DNA of 63,546 bases, filler included, from Olpidium bornovanus S191 (GCA_017911155.1; 32 parts of 32 records of this genome joined end to end with filler, not necessarily neighbours in it), one strand, 5' to 3'; numbered from the whole stretch's first letter, positions 23,846-36,715 are shown. A program made the numbers and translations. The notes: generated by a model from the sequence alone, not told the origin.

Positions 23846-26437
23846 TCAGGGACGTAACGGCGAGTCACTCTGCATCTGCTGCTCGCGGACCGGCGGTCTG
23901 GAATGCCCGCCGCCCGCGTTAAGCCCGAGCAGACTCGCGGGCGTGGCTCTCGGCGGGAAGCTCGCGGCACCGAGGCGCCGGTCGTCGACGGACCCGTACG
24001 ACGCAGACGAACCGCGGCCGCTCCAGTGCACCGCCAGCGGTGACGTGACGCTGCGGGCTACGGGTATCGCTAACGCTTCGGACGTCGCCGCCGGTTTCGC
24101 GGCGAGACGCGCGCTGGACCGCACGCAAGCCGGGGGCGTCCCGCCCTGCGCTCGCGGAGCAGCCGCGACGCGGTTTCCGGCGCCCTGGACAACGGTTTTC
24201 CGCGCTGTAATCGGCGCGAGACTCCCTCCCTGCGCCGGCGCAGGGAGGCCGGCCGGAACCGGAGCCGGGGCCAGCGGCTGGACGGGGCGTGCGAGGTCCA
24301 CCTCGGGAACCGCGGAGTCCAAAGCTGGGAAAGCGGTGACAAAAACAATAAAAAAAGGAAGCGAATTGCCGCCTCAGTCAGCCCCTCCTCGTGCTCGACC
24401 GCGGGCAGGAAAAGGTAAGCCGGGGGAAGGCGACGACCGACCATCCGGAAGCCCGCGGTGCCGGCCCATCAGCATGACGATGGTCATGATGAATTTGGAC
24501 GCGTTGGAAAACTGGCCCGACAACGACGTGGCCGAGCCGGGCACGGCCAGGGAGAGTCCGACGGTGCCGTACCCGGACACGACCTCGAAGATGACGGCAA
24601 ACACCGTGAGAGCCGGATGCGCAGAATTGAAGTTGTGCCCGTCAAAGGCGCAGATGAAAAATATCGCGGTGTACTGTGTACAACAAAAAATATAACCACC
24701 CCCCCCCCCCGACGAAGCGCTCAGCTCAGCCAGCGCAGCCACTTTTTTTGGCGCGTCCTTTTCCGAATCCGTATCGCCCCGACCGACGCCTGACAAAGAA
24801 CGCTACTGGTCCCGCCTAGACTCACCAACCGTGCCACGTCGCGCAGCATCAGCCCTTTGAAAATTCCCGCCAGCTCCGACGCCGCCGTCGCGTTCGCCGA
24901 CGGCGGGACGAACAGCGCCTTGAAGGTCCCCTTCAGCGTCGGCGACGCGTTCCACAAGTGCGCGGACGTGTCCTCTCGGTCGTCGCTTTCGGCACCCGCG
25001 TCCCGACCGCCGGCCGAAACCGGCTCGTCGACATCCGCCGGCGGAGCCGCCGGACTCAGGTGGCCCGACCCTGGTTCAGCAGCCGTCGGCGGCAGGGCCA
25101 GCGCCGGCAAGCTGCGCGTCATCTGGTGCCACGACCTCGGCGTCCCCTGGACCGACCCGTAGCTGAGCATGGAAGGACGCAGTCCGGGCGAGCTTCCGAA
25201 CGTAAACGCCGGCGACGAGCTGGCCGGCGACAGCGGACTCTCGGCGACCGCAAACCGCGCCGTGTGTCGCATGGTCAGCACAAAGGGGTAGCTGTCCGAG
25301 CAAACGGCACCGGCGAGTGTGAGCACGGGTATACGCCTTCCGTGGGATAAGAACGAGGGGGAAAAAATTTGCGGCGCTCCGCTTCCTCTCTCTCTCTCTC
25401 TCGCCTTTCTCTTTTTCTCACCTGCTGAGATACATAAGCATCACCCAAAGCACGTGCATAGCGGGACTAAACAGGCTGATCTCCACGACGTTGAAACCGG
25501 CCGTCCTCGTGGACACGGCCTGGAAAAACCCGTCCAGAAGCCGGTCGCTAGGCGGCTGGTCCGCCACGGCAGGCCCGTTGAAGTCCAACGCCAGGAAGGC
25601 CACGAACTCGACCACGTTTGTCACCAGCCAGATCTGCAAGAGGGCCCGGGTCTTCAGGAACGGCAGGGCAGCACGCAAACGTCCCTTTCGTCAGCCGCCG
25701 TCGCCGCCAACGTTCCCGCCGCCGCAGCAACCCCTGCGCCACGCAGTTTCGCACGCTGTCTATCTGCACCTGGACGGACGGGAACAGGTGCGTGGTGCAC
25801 CGACGGGGGTTCCGCAGCAGGTATCTGAAAGCGGTCTTTCTCTTGCCTTTGCGGTCCCACCAGTGGTGGCCGACCCAGACGGCGATCCTCAGGAAGATGG
25901 GAAAAAGCACGTTGCCGGCTGTGATGAGGAGCGCATGGACGAGGATCAGGAAGCGATCTCGGTGGATGGGGATGAGGGAATCCTCCATGACCGACAGGCC
26001 GCTGTTGTGGAAGGCGAAGACGGCCTGGAGCGCCGTGACGACGAGCGGCGAATGGCCACCGGGCGTCGACTCCCAGATCAGTTCCCAAACGTCGCTCCGC
26101 ACGGCGACGTACAGGGCCATGGCGATGCAGCCGGCGAGCTGCACGCCGACGACGTAGAAAACAACGGTCCACTGCAGGATGCCCAGGGCCTCGTACTCGC
26201 ACTCGTTTGCCACGCGGCCCTCGAACTGGAGTGACATGTCTTTCTCCCTCCTCCGCAGGCGCCCGACTCCGCGGCCCTTGGACGCCCGGTAGATGTGGCG
26301 GCGGACCAAGATCGGGACGAGGGCCATGACGGTGTGGGAGCCGACGGTAGTCAGAACCACGGCGACGAGCATCGACCCGGTGGTCATCGTGGGGAAGTCC
26401 TTCGAAGTCAGCCCTGTGACGCAGGCGGAGGAAGTGG
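23846..26437 (-). CDS. Trk/Ktr/HKT-family cation (K+) transporter, multi-exon, 5' end uncertain
   Basis: Four pore loops: TSSACVTGLT, VFAFHNSGLS, VSTRTAGFN and FEVVSGYGTVGLS. Also EYEALG, GNVLFPIFLR, YLLRNPRRCTTHLFPS and VMLMGRHRGLP. Confidence 0.93.
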
Positions 26438-26979
26438 CTGGAGGAGGGAAACCTCGGGGGGGTTAACCGGTTCGTGAGATTTTTTTCCGGGGCCGGCGGA
26501 GGGGCGGAGTATCGAGGGAGGGGGCGGTGGCGGGCAGAGCGTCGAGAGAGGTGCCGCGGCCGGCGAGAGTCGAGGCAGGAGGAGAGGAGGCTGCGGACCG
26601 CAAGTGGTGATGGCGGAGCGGGGGGTGATGTTAGCTGTGTGGCGGCGGTAGAGAACCCCTAACCCCCCCCCCCCCCCCCTCCCCCCCCGGGGGACCGGGC
26701 GCCAGTCCGGCCGAGAGGGAGAGAGAGAGAGAGAGAGAGAGNNNNNNNNNNNNNNNNNNNNNNNNNNNNNNNNNNNNNNNNNNNNTTAATTAATTAANNN
26801 NNNNNNNNNNNNNNNNNNNNNNNNNNNNNNNNNNNNNNNNNCATGAAAAAATAAGTCTTTCGAAGTCTTTCGCAAGGTATACAAAAAAAAAAAACAAAAT
26901 AAACCAAAAAAAAACAAATCCTCGGTTATTTTTGGGAAAAATTTTTGTGGGACGCCGAAAACTTTTCCGTGCGGTACTC

Positions 26980-28527
26980 ACAGGGGGGAGCTCGTCAAAG
27001 TCAGGTTCTCCGCTCAGCGGGCTTCCGCGGCCGCCGGGGCGACGTCCCCCGGGCCCTTGAGGTGGCACGCCGAACGGTCCGATCGGGTCGAAGCGCGCTC
27101 CGGGAGGAACGGAGCCCGGAGGAAGCGGCTGGGGACCTCCATATATCCCTCCGTCCCCGCCGCCTCGCGGATCCACTCGGCCGCCGCGGCCGACGAAACC
27201 GAACATGGGGTGGTCGGGACCGACGATCATACCGCCGCCGTCGTCAAACCCTCCGATTCGGCTGCAAGACGGGACGGGGGCGGCCGGCCGAGGAATCAAA
27301 AACCTCAAAACTTCCCGCCGTGGTAAAACGACCATCTGGTCCGGTCGTTGCTCACCGCGGGTCAACATAACCTCCCATGCTCGCCATCGGGTCCAGATCA
27401 CGGCTGCCAATACTGAATGGCCCGCCACTGGCGGTTTTCGAACAGGCGTCAGCGCGGTAGGGCCGGACGCAGCGCGGTAGGGCCGGACGCAGCGCGCCCG
27501 CTGCGCTGCGGCAACGGCAACGGCAACGGGCATTCTCACCCTCCAACGAGAGGCGGCGGATCAACACCCCGGAAACCGGGCGCGCCCCCGCCGCGAGGTG
27601 TCCACCCACCACCTCCGCGCGGATCCCGCAAAGGATCAAATTGCCCGTGGGGGCCGAATACGCTCGGAGCCTCCCCGGCTCCCCTGCTGCCGCCACCGGA
27701 CGACGCCGCGGAGGTCCTCTCCTCTTCGTACCCAGGCTTGTTCAGGCCGGAAATTAGATTTTGCAGAATGCCGACTTTGTAGCGCGTGATGAGGTCGGCC
27801 AACGCAGCATCGCCCAGGAACAGCCGGCGAAGGGAGGACGCGTCCGCGCCGTCGGACGGTTGACTCGGATACGGAAACCGAGCCGTGGGCGCGACAAACT
27901 CGTTTGCGTTGACTTCCAGCGAGTGAACTGTCGCGTCCTACGTCGGCTGGGGTCAGATCAGGGGAAGCGCCCGCCGAGGCGGGCAGGCCCGTCGGTAGCG
28001 GGCCGCGCGCTCTTTTCTTTTTTTTTTGTTTTTTTTTTTTACCTCGACACCCTGAGCGTGGAGAATTATTTTGCGGCCAAAGTTCAGTCCCTTCACCAGG
28101 AAGGTCATCTGCGACTGCGGGTGGGTATATCGGAACGCGAACGAATCCCCGGAGTTCCAGTTTGGAGGCAGCGGGGCGGCCTCTCGGGCGTCCTTCTCAG
28201 GGCCGGCTGGGAAACGGGAGGGTGGAAGAGGGGCAAGACGGCCGTCACACACCCGGAGTCGGACGGCGGGGGCAAACGTCGTGTCTTCGCGACAGGCGGT
28301 GCGCCGGCGGGCTCACCGGGAGGGCCGTCGTCTCCGATTCCGGCGAAACGGAAGCCCACGGTGACCATGACGGCGTGGCACAGGACGGCCAGCAGGTCGA
28401 GGGGCCCGCGGACGCACGGGGGGGCGTTTCCGGCCCCCCGCTCGGCGGAGGCGGGCAGGACGACGCCGAGGAGAGCGAGGACGGCGGCGGGGGCGAGCGG
28501 GTCGCCGGCGGGGGCGGGCGAGGCCAT
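26980..28527 (-). CDS. PI31 proteasome regulator (PSMF1/Fub1 family), nearly complete, multi-exon
   Basis: ATG at 28527; LCHAVMVTVGFRFAGIGD, LPPNWNSGDSFAFRYTHPQSQMTFLVK, GGMIVGPDHPMFG, PPGARFDPIGP and GEPDFDELPP. Confidence 0.92.
27450..27496. repeat. 20-bp tandem duplication inside the PI31 locus
   Basis: CAGCGCGGTAGGGCCGGACG x2 plus a partial third copy. Confidence 0.85.
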
Positions 28528-28674
28528 TTTTCTTCTTTCGTCTGGGCGTGTCTGCTGCTGCGGCGGGGGCGCGCGCGCGCGCGTCTTTCCGTTCGCAGAG
28601 AGGCGCGGAGAGCAGAGAGAGTAACAAAAAAAAAAAAAAAAAAGGAGCGTGCGGGAAAATAAAACGGACGGGAG

Positions 28675-28768
<94 letters not shown>

Positions 28769-28868
28769 NNNNNNNNNNNNNNNNNNNNNNNNNNNNNNNN
28801 NNNNNNNNNNNNTTAATTAATTAANNNNNNNNNNNNNNNNNNNNNNNNNNNNNNNNNNNNNNNNNNNN

Positions 28869-29880
28869 CATGTCCTCCGGCCGGCGCGGCGGCCGTTCCG
28901 GGTGGGTGGCCTCCTTGCCGGTCCTCGTCCACGCGAACGGGCCTTTGTAGGGGCGGCGGTTGCGGTGATTCGTCGTGTCGTTGCCCTCCAGGAAGAGTTT
29001 GTACCCTGTTTTTTTTTTCCGCGGGCAAACGGGTGTGATGGGTGAGCGGCAGGAGTGGGAAATCTCTCATCTCTGTTCGCTTTTTCTTTACATTCTCTTT
29101 CCTCTCACCTCGCTTCTGCAACTTGATCCGGAGCGCTTCCTCGACAAGGTCGAGGGCCAACCTCGTGACGTCGTTCAGATACTGGTTGTCCTTCTCCGCG
29201 CGGGCCTTGACCTCCGAGGAGAACACCGCGTCGACCACGAAATAACCGACGTCGTCTTTGCCTGGGAGGAGGAACCGGGGGGGGTTAATCGGGCTTAAAC
29301 AAAAAATAGCCTTCGTTGCCGCCCCTCTCGCTCTCAAAAGTGAAATTTAAGGTCAAAAAAAAAAACTCCCGACCGTCGTCGTAATGCCTCCTCTCCTTGC
29401 TCATGACAATGGGCACCGTTTCTCCCTCGGGGGCTTTCACCCCGTCGGATGTGCAAAAGTTGATGTCCCGGGGCGCGGACGCGGCGCGCCGCCGCCGCCG
29501 CTCTTCCTCTTCGTCGTCGGCGTCTCCCTTCCCCTCTGCTGCGCGGCCTTCGAAGAGCTTAGTCCGCAGGCAGAACCACGGGCGCACGAAGGCGGACAGC
29601 TCGTGGCCTTGGCGGAGCTGCTGGGATATAAATTTTTGGTATTCCTGGGAGAAGGGGACGAGTGGCGGGATGGGGGGGAAGGGAAGACCCCGGGAGTCGG
29701 GGCGGATTCAGAGATTGGGAGGGCACGGGCGCGTGCGCGTGTATGTGTGGGATGGGCCGGCGGAAGCTCGCTTACAACGGGGCTTTTCTCCGCCAGGCGG
29801 TCCAGCATCTTCCAGAGCGTGTTCGCTTTCTTGGCGACGACTGGGTCGCCGAAGTCGATGTCCTTGAGCAAGTCGGCCAT
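28869..29880 (-). CDS. PIH1 domain protein, PIH1D2-like axonemal dynein assembly co-chaperone, 5' part
   Basis: Spliced product MADLLKDIDFGDPVVAKKANTLWKMLDRLAEKSPV|EYQKFISQQLRQG...PWFCLRTKL...INFCTSDGVKAP...VPIVMSK|...YFVVDAVFSSEVKARAEKD; resembles PIH1D2 (FWNLLDDLAQSDPEGYEKFIQQQLKEG). Confidence 0.8.
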
Positions 29881-32089
29881 GTCTGTTTTCCGGCGCGGGG
29901 GGATGTTTTTGAAAGGGTAGGTGTGAGAGCGGGCGGGGGAGTGGAAGGAAGGCATCTCGTCGGCCGGGGACTGCCCGACCTTCCGGCGTCACGTCTGCGC
30001 AGTTCATCTTTTGTTTCTTTTTTTCCGTTCCGCGTTTTTTTTTTTTTTCTTTTTCCGTTTTTTGTTCCTTCTTCTTTTTCTCTCCCTCTCCGGCGTTGTC
30101 GGGGAGAGAGCGGGCGGCGCTGTGTGTTTGTGTGTTTGCGGGGTGGCGGAGAAGCCGCGCGACGCGCGCGTGCGCGGCGGGAATACTTCGCGGACCGCCG
30201 ACGCGCCTGCGCGCCATCCCTCCGCCGCCGGCCCGAGCAATAAAGGCACGCGGACAACAAGGCGACGACGTTCTGAGGGTGCCGCCCTCCCCCCGCCTGG
30301 ACAGGATAAGGAGGAGCGCAAAAGCGCGTAGTATGGCCGGACCGAGCTGCAGCCGGTGCGGCCAGAGCACGCGCAAAAGAGACTTTGGCTGCCCAGCGCC
30401 TCCGAACGCGCGGCACGCCGGCAGAATCGCCTTCTTCCTTCTTTTTCCCCCTTCACTTCTCTCCAAGCCATCAGCATCCGGTCATATGGCCAAGAAATAT
30501 CCGAAGGAAAAACAAAGGAAAGTAAAAAAAGAGCGTAAAAATATTCAAACGAAAATAAAACATCGAACTCACGAGACATTCCCGATTCTCCAAAACGGTA
30601 AATCCTTAATTACCGCTTTCGCCCGATTGCGCAACGGTTTTTGTCTGGCAGTCGTCGGCTTTCCCTTGGGAGCACAGCAGCGGCCGGGTGCGCACCGAGG
30701 AAGATAATGGCTTCGGTAAGCAGGACGTTATCTGCGTTTTGACTGAATTTTTTAACTCCTCAAGATGAATAATGTGGATGAACAGTGGGGGGGTTGAGCA
30801 CGACAAGTGCAACTCTCGGGCGCGAGCGTCTGGGGCACAGCAACAATTACCGCCGTGGAAGTCGGCCCGCTCGACATCCCGCCGACGAGCCGCCCGCGGA
30901 AGTGCGATATCCAGAGGAAGGCTGGTCCGCGAGCGATTGATATTCCCCGTCAATGGCAGAATGCAACCGGGAAAGTTCTCGGCTCGCCTAGGGAGTGGGG
31001 ACGTGCCCGTTTCTCTAGCTGTCGCGCTTTGTTTTGAAGACAGCGTGTGCACATTAATCAGCCGGAAAAAGTGAGCCGCGACACTCGGTGCAAAGCAGCC
31101 GTTTCAACCTGCAAGAAGATTTGGAAATAGACTGTGCAAAAAAAAACGAAATAAAAGTAACGAAAAACGTACTATCGAGATAGAAACCGTACTTTCGACG
31201 TCCTATCGAGGAACTTTGCAAGACGTGTTGGCGATATCGGCCCAGAATCTCAATCCTCAGTCCCGGCCTCGTACACAACGCACCGGCAACGTCTACACAT
31301 ATAGCTCCGCCTGTCACGCCTCATTATTCCGTCTAACACTAGACGGAACCCTTAGAATGCCAACGCGCACATTCGGCTCACAAACAACTCCAACTTCGAT
31401 TTATTCGATACAAACGCAAGGAAGAGAATGAAGCGAAAGAAAAAAGAAGAAAAAAACCGGGACACCGCGCGCGGCAAAAAGAAAAACAAGAAAAAAAAAA
31501 TGGAAGGGCCATCGGTTGCACGCGGGTGTCGGCCCGAAACTGCGGCGACGTTTTGCGGAAATTGCCGGGATAGAACGGGGCCCAGCGTTATAGAGCGCCG
31601 GACGCATGAATTGAGCGTCTTCCAGATATTGTTGAAAACTACAGCCGAGAGGTCTCGATGCAAAAGAATGCAAGAGCTTCAACCCGCTCGCCAGCGGTCT
31701 CTTTCCGGCACGTCCTCCAGGGCATGGAGAACTCCAGTACAGGCTGCCGCCACGGATATGCCGAGGCCGGTCGCCTGTGCCAGGAAAGCAAACATACAGC
31801 CCGGCGGGCTCGCGTTGTGTGCGAGGAACGCCGCAGCGACGGCNNNNNNNNNNNNNNNNNNNNNNNNNNNNNNNNNNNNNNNNNNNNTTAATTAATTAAN
31901 NNNNNNNNNNNNNNNNNNNNNNNNNNNNNNNNNNNNNNNNNNNAAAAAAAAAACAAAAAAATGAAATCACAAAAGCAAAATTGAGGGCGCCAGGGAGTCA
32001 TCGTCGCAATTGTTTCTGCACGATCACGTGTCTGCATCTCTTCGACGAAGAGAACTGACGCATGCTGAGGTTTTCTTCTAATTGGAGAT

Positions 32090-32580
32090 TGCAGAAATTC
32101 TGCGTCAGATTTAGGGTCGGCGTCTGCTTCGGACTCAGCGTCAGGTTCCATGCCTTCTGAATCCGCACAAAGAGGTTTGCATTGGAAACGGTAATGGAAT
32201 TCTGCATTCTGCAACCGAATCTGCCGTAAAATCTGTACCGGAATTTGGACGGAAGCGTCAGATTCCATGTTTGCTAAACCCGCATAAGGTCTGCATTGGA
32301 AACGGTGATAAGGTTTTGCATTTTGCAACAGAATCTGCCGTAAAATCTGCATTGGGGAAATTAGCATGGCGGAATCTGCATAGGAAACTGTTTCGGGCCT
32401 GCGTCGGAATCTGCCTTAATATCTGCATTAGCGCCTGCACCTGCATCACTGCGTCAAATTCCGTGTCAGGATTCTTATTGGAAAGTCTCCGCATGAGATT
32501 TTGCGTCGGAATCTGCTTTGGGATCTGCGTCAAACCAAGCCGTGGGTATCTGCATCAGATTCCTTGGCAGATTCCGCTTG
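32090..32580. repeat. Dispersed (G)AATCTGC motif array containing a ~57-bp direct repeat at 114-bp spacing
   Basis: More than ten AATCTGC-like motifs in both orientations; GCATTGGAAACGGT...GAATCTGCCGTAAAATCTG at about 32179 and 32293. Confidence 0.7.
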
Positions 32581-34132
32581 GGACCTGACGTCTTTATCCG
32601 TGTTTTCCTCATGTTTTTGATTCTGTGTCTTGTGGAGGAACGCGAGTTTTTGTTGGGCATTAAGAATAGCCGGGCGGGGGGCCCCTTTGAGGAGCATGGT
32701 CAAGTGACGTCGAAGTCGAGGCGGGACATCGAAGGGAGAGATGGTATCGGGGATCGAAGGGACGCTTCACTACACCGTGTCAGAATTTGCGTCAGAATCC
32801 ACCCGCGGCCTAGGGACGCACAGGAGAGCGTGCCCGATTGGGACGCCTCCCTTTGCCGCACCAGGGCCCGTGCCAGAGCGGAAACCCCCCCCCCTCCCTT
32901 GAGGTGAAGGTGCGCACACCAGAAAGGGACACCCCTCCGAAGCACTATGTCTGTACGACAGAAAGGGGGCCCCCTCAAAATGGACCAATAAAAATCAGAA
33001 GAAGCCCTAACAGGGGCTTCGTTCCTTGTTTAAGCTCAACCTAATCCTTAATTTCGTTTTTCGTTTTCGCGGAAAATACCAGGGTAACCCCGGCATTTCG
33101 CAGCTCGCAGGACGCGCAGTAGTGCGCTGAAAGGAATGCAATGAAGTGCTTTAATTCTCCCGACCGTATCCAATCTAATGCTATCACGCCGAGATATGAT
33201 GGATGAACAACTTCGTGTCACTTTGCCTTTCCGTAAATCAACACGGGTAAACCATTGCGCTGTCTCCGAGGGAGCAAAGCTCGCAAGCAAGGATTTGTTA
33301 AAGAATTTGGGGTGGCGGGATTTGCCGAATGCGTGCCGGGATTCGTCGTGGAAGTTTGTCGCAGGATTTACGGCCCGAAAATTGTAAGAAGAGGCTTCAT
33401 CGGAAAAACGGCGCGCGCCGGAACTACTTTGCGCCCGGGTATTTGTGGCAGGATCCCCATTTCTGGTTGGCCTTGCAGGCCCTACCGCGCTCTCCAGCCC
33501 GGAGGCAAGCTCACGCCCCTTACAAAATGCGGCCCTGCCGTCCTCCGGGTTTCGTCCGCTGACGCGCCGGGGTGGGGACGCCGGTCCGCTGGACTCAGGA
33601 CCGGAAGCGCGTCGCGCGGGTGGGGGAAGGCCGGAGAAGGCAGCGCGGTGCGCGGCGCGCGTCAGACGGCGCGCGCAGTCCGCCGTGACAGGGGGCGCGG
33701 GCGGGGCAAAGCGCCGCGGAAAGCCGCTACGGGGAGGGCGCGCGGAAAATAGGGCAAAGAAAACGTCCACATTTTGCGCGGCGTTGCCGAGCGGGCGGGC
33801 GGCGCACCCTCCGTGGGCTCAGCATAATTTCGGCAATGCCGTTCAAGCTGAGAGCGTGCCCAGGGGAAAAAAAAAAAAAAAAAAAAAAAAAAAGAATCGA
33901 GAATTGGAAAACATGAAGCCGGCAGAGTAGTTTGTGGCCCGTTTCGCCTTTTCAATTTCCCGAAGCAACGCTGACCGCTGTGCCAACATTTCGACAAGCA
34001 TAAATGGAACCGCCGTGCGTGCAGTGCTTTACNNNNNNNNNNNNNNNNNNNNNNNNNNNNNNNNNNNNNNNNNNNNTTAATTAATTAANNNNNNNNNNNN
34101 NNNNNNNNNNNNNNNNNNNNNNNNNNNNNNNN

Positions 34133-36196
34133 CAGTACGACGATTCGAGCGTGTAGCTGCAGGGGATCTGGAGCTCTTTCCAAACGGCTACCCGCGCTGT
34201 GGACCGCTTCGACTTTTCCACGGCGAACTTGCACGACGAGTAAGCAAAGCATGGAGCGATCAGGTCGAGGTGCCTCGGAAAGATCTTCTCGATGTCCGCG
34301 TTGACGCCGGCGTTGTCGCAGCCAAACAAGAAGATGTTCTTTCGCCGCGAGTGGCCGTGGAAATCGCACGAGAGCTAACGGGGAGGGGAAAGGGGTAAAA
34401 AGGGAGTTTTCGAAAATAGGAAAATGTTACACATCCGGCGGGCGCGCGAAGCCTTTTTTGTTTTGCCACCTGACACGGGTCGGTTTTGTTTTTGATTGGA
34501 TCCCTCACCAAAACCGTGCGTGTGTTCGAGATTGCTTCCCACAAGTACCTCGTCCAATAAATCGTGGGCGTGCGTATCCGACTAGGTTCTCGCCACTGGC
34601 GGTTCAGGTCAACCCCGGCCAGAGAGCATCGGTGACTTACTCGGAAAAAAAAAAGGAAAAATGTGGAGCGGGGGAGGACGAGGAAGGAGGAAGGGGAGAA
34701 GGGGGGACGAGGTGGGTGAGAGGAAAGGTGGGAGATAGGTGGGAGGGCGGGAACAAAACGTCAAAACGTCTAATTTTTTTTTCGTCCCGCGGCGCGAACA
34801 AAAAAGAAAAAATTGGCAGATATGCACCTGCCGTTGATCACGCCGTCGGGGTTGAGCATCGGGACGATTTTGAAAACGAACTTCCTGCGGAGCTTGACGG
34901 CGCACTCGTCGTCGCCGACCAGAAAATCGATGACTCCCTTCATTATCCAGCTGGCGTTGGTTTCTCCTGGATGTACCTTTGGGCACGGGGATTTCCGAGG
35001 AACAAGTGCGCACAGTTGTTTTTCTTATTCTTTTTTCTTTATTTTTTCAGATCGCGGTCGCGCTGTGTCCCCCGACTCCCCTCCCCCAGGACCTTAGGGG
35101 GGGGGGGGGGTTTTGGGGGGAAGGAAGTTCAAAAAAAAAACTCACCCTTGATGTCAGAAGGACGTATTTCCGCTCCGACATCGGCGTGTCGCCTGTTCAC
35201 AGACAGGAGAGGAGATGGTGGGTGCAGGTTTACTTCATGTCAACAAAGGACCCGCGGAGAAATTTACCATTCGACGCAACTCTCTCCGCCAAAAAGATTA
35301 TTCAGAAAAGAAGAAGTAAACGTATTCAGAGAAGAAGTAAACGTACTGTTCTCAAAGTCGGTTATGGTAAGGAGGTCACAGTTATTTCCGGCTAGCGTCC
35401 GACAAAGAAGTTGATGGTGCATTATGGTTTGAATGCACTTGATGGAATGGAGCTCGTAAAGGTAATTCTGAGAAGATTTTTCCAACAGTAACAGGGTCAG
35501 GGAAAGTTGTTTTACGCACCCAAGAACTCTTGAGACTCCAGGTCCCATAAGCCTTTTAATATTTGTTTTTTTTTTCGAGCCCTCTTTAGACTGAAAAATC
35601 ATACCTGCAGGTCAGTGTACGTGTACGGGAAATGGTAAGCGAAGTAGCGTTTGTCATTTGCCACGTCCGCCGTGTATGTGAAAGTGAGCGTCGCGAACGT
35701 TTCCGTCGCCGTCTTTTGGTAGTGGTTTCTGCACGCCCGGATAAGCTTCTCGTCAGTATCTTTTCGAGCTATGGCCAAAGGACGAGGGGCCACGGACGCA
35801 ATGACTTGTGCGCTCTCACTTGTAGTAACAGATGTCATATCCGGCGCGGCGCCAAGTTCTCCGTTGCGTGGAATACATTACAGGTTGCATACCTGCCCTT
35901 TCGCCAAAGTCGCGCGAGAGCGGACCGGCGCCATTCGCAAAAAACGGTCGAGAATTTTTTCGGAGTCATTTGGCCAGTTTGGTGCACCTTTAACAGTCGA
36001 GTTCGGTTTTTTTTAATGTTGCATATTATTTTTTCAGTCGTGGCTCACCGTAGTTGTATTGCCCGTCTGGCTTGCTCATGTTAATGATGTTGAACGTGTA
36101 CGACTTCCCGGGAATCATTCCGTTCACGGAGAAAAAAAACCATTGGTTGTGACGTCCAAGGTCGGTGTTGACGTCCGTGTCGATGATGAGGTCGTA
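34133..36196 (-). CDS. Cytosolic carboxypeptidase (M14D; CCP1/Nna1-like tubulin deglutamylase), internal multi-exon part
   Basis: [52 protein letters not shown]|[41 protein letters not shown] and [16 protein letters not shown]...SYTLES. Confidence 0.93.
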
Positions 36197-36302
36197 NNNN
36201 NNNNNNNNNNNNNNNNNNNNNNNNNNNNNNNNNNNNNNNNTTAATTAATTAANNNNNNNNNNNNNNNNNNNNNNNNNNNNNNNNNNNNNNNNNNNNCATG
36301 GT

Positions 36303-36358
36303 TCACTGCTCACCGTGTGTTTGTTTTGTTTCACTGCTCACCGTGTGTTTGTTTTTGT
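36303..36358. repeat. 28-bp tandem duplication
   Basis: TTCACTGCTCACCGTGTGTTTGTTTT occurs twice in tandem. Confidence 0.85.
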
Positions 36359-36490
36359 TTTGAATGTAAACAAAATAACCCGGTTTTAACCGGGTTATTA
36401 TCCTTCCAAGATGTAAACACAAAAACAAAAACAAGGGCACGACTGGCACAACGGGCAACACCAGCACGACGGGCGACGGCCACGACGGGC

Positions 36491-36715
36491 GACGGCCAGG
36501 ACACGCGACGGCCAGGACACGCGACGGCCAGGACACGCGACGGCCAGGACACGCGAAGGCCAGGACAAGCGCCGGCCAGAACACGCGACGGCCAGGACAC
36601 GCGACGGCCACGACACGTGACGGCCAGGACACCCGACGGCCAGGACACCCGACGGCCAGGTCTTGCGACGGCCAGGACACGCGACGGCCAGGACACGCGA
36701 CGGCCAGGACCGGCG
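36491..36715. repeat. 16-bp minisatellite (GACGGCCAGGACACGC) with variant and extended units
   Basis: Perfect units from 36491, variant units to about 36715, grading into 9-bp GGG(A/C)GACGG-type repeats to about 37060. Confidence 0.9.

Noticed and set aside
21459-36196. Apparent cluster of ciliary genes (KIF12-like, PIH1D2-like, CCP1-like) and of proteasome regulators (UMP1, PI31)
   Set aside because: Each gene is on a separate contig joined by artificial linkers, so proximity is not synteny
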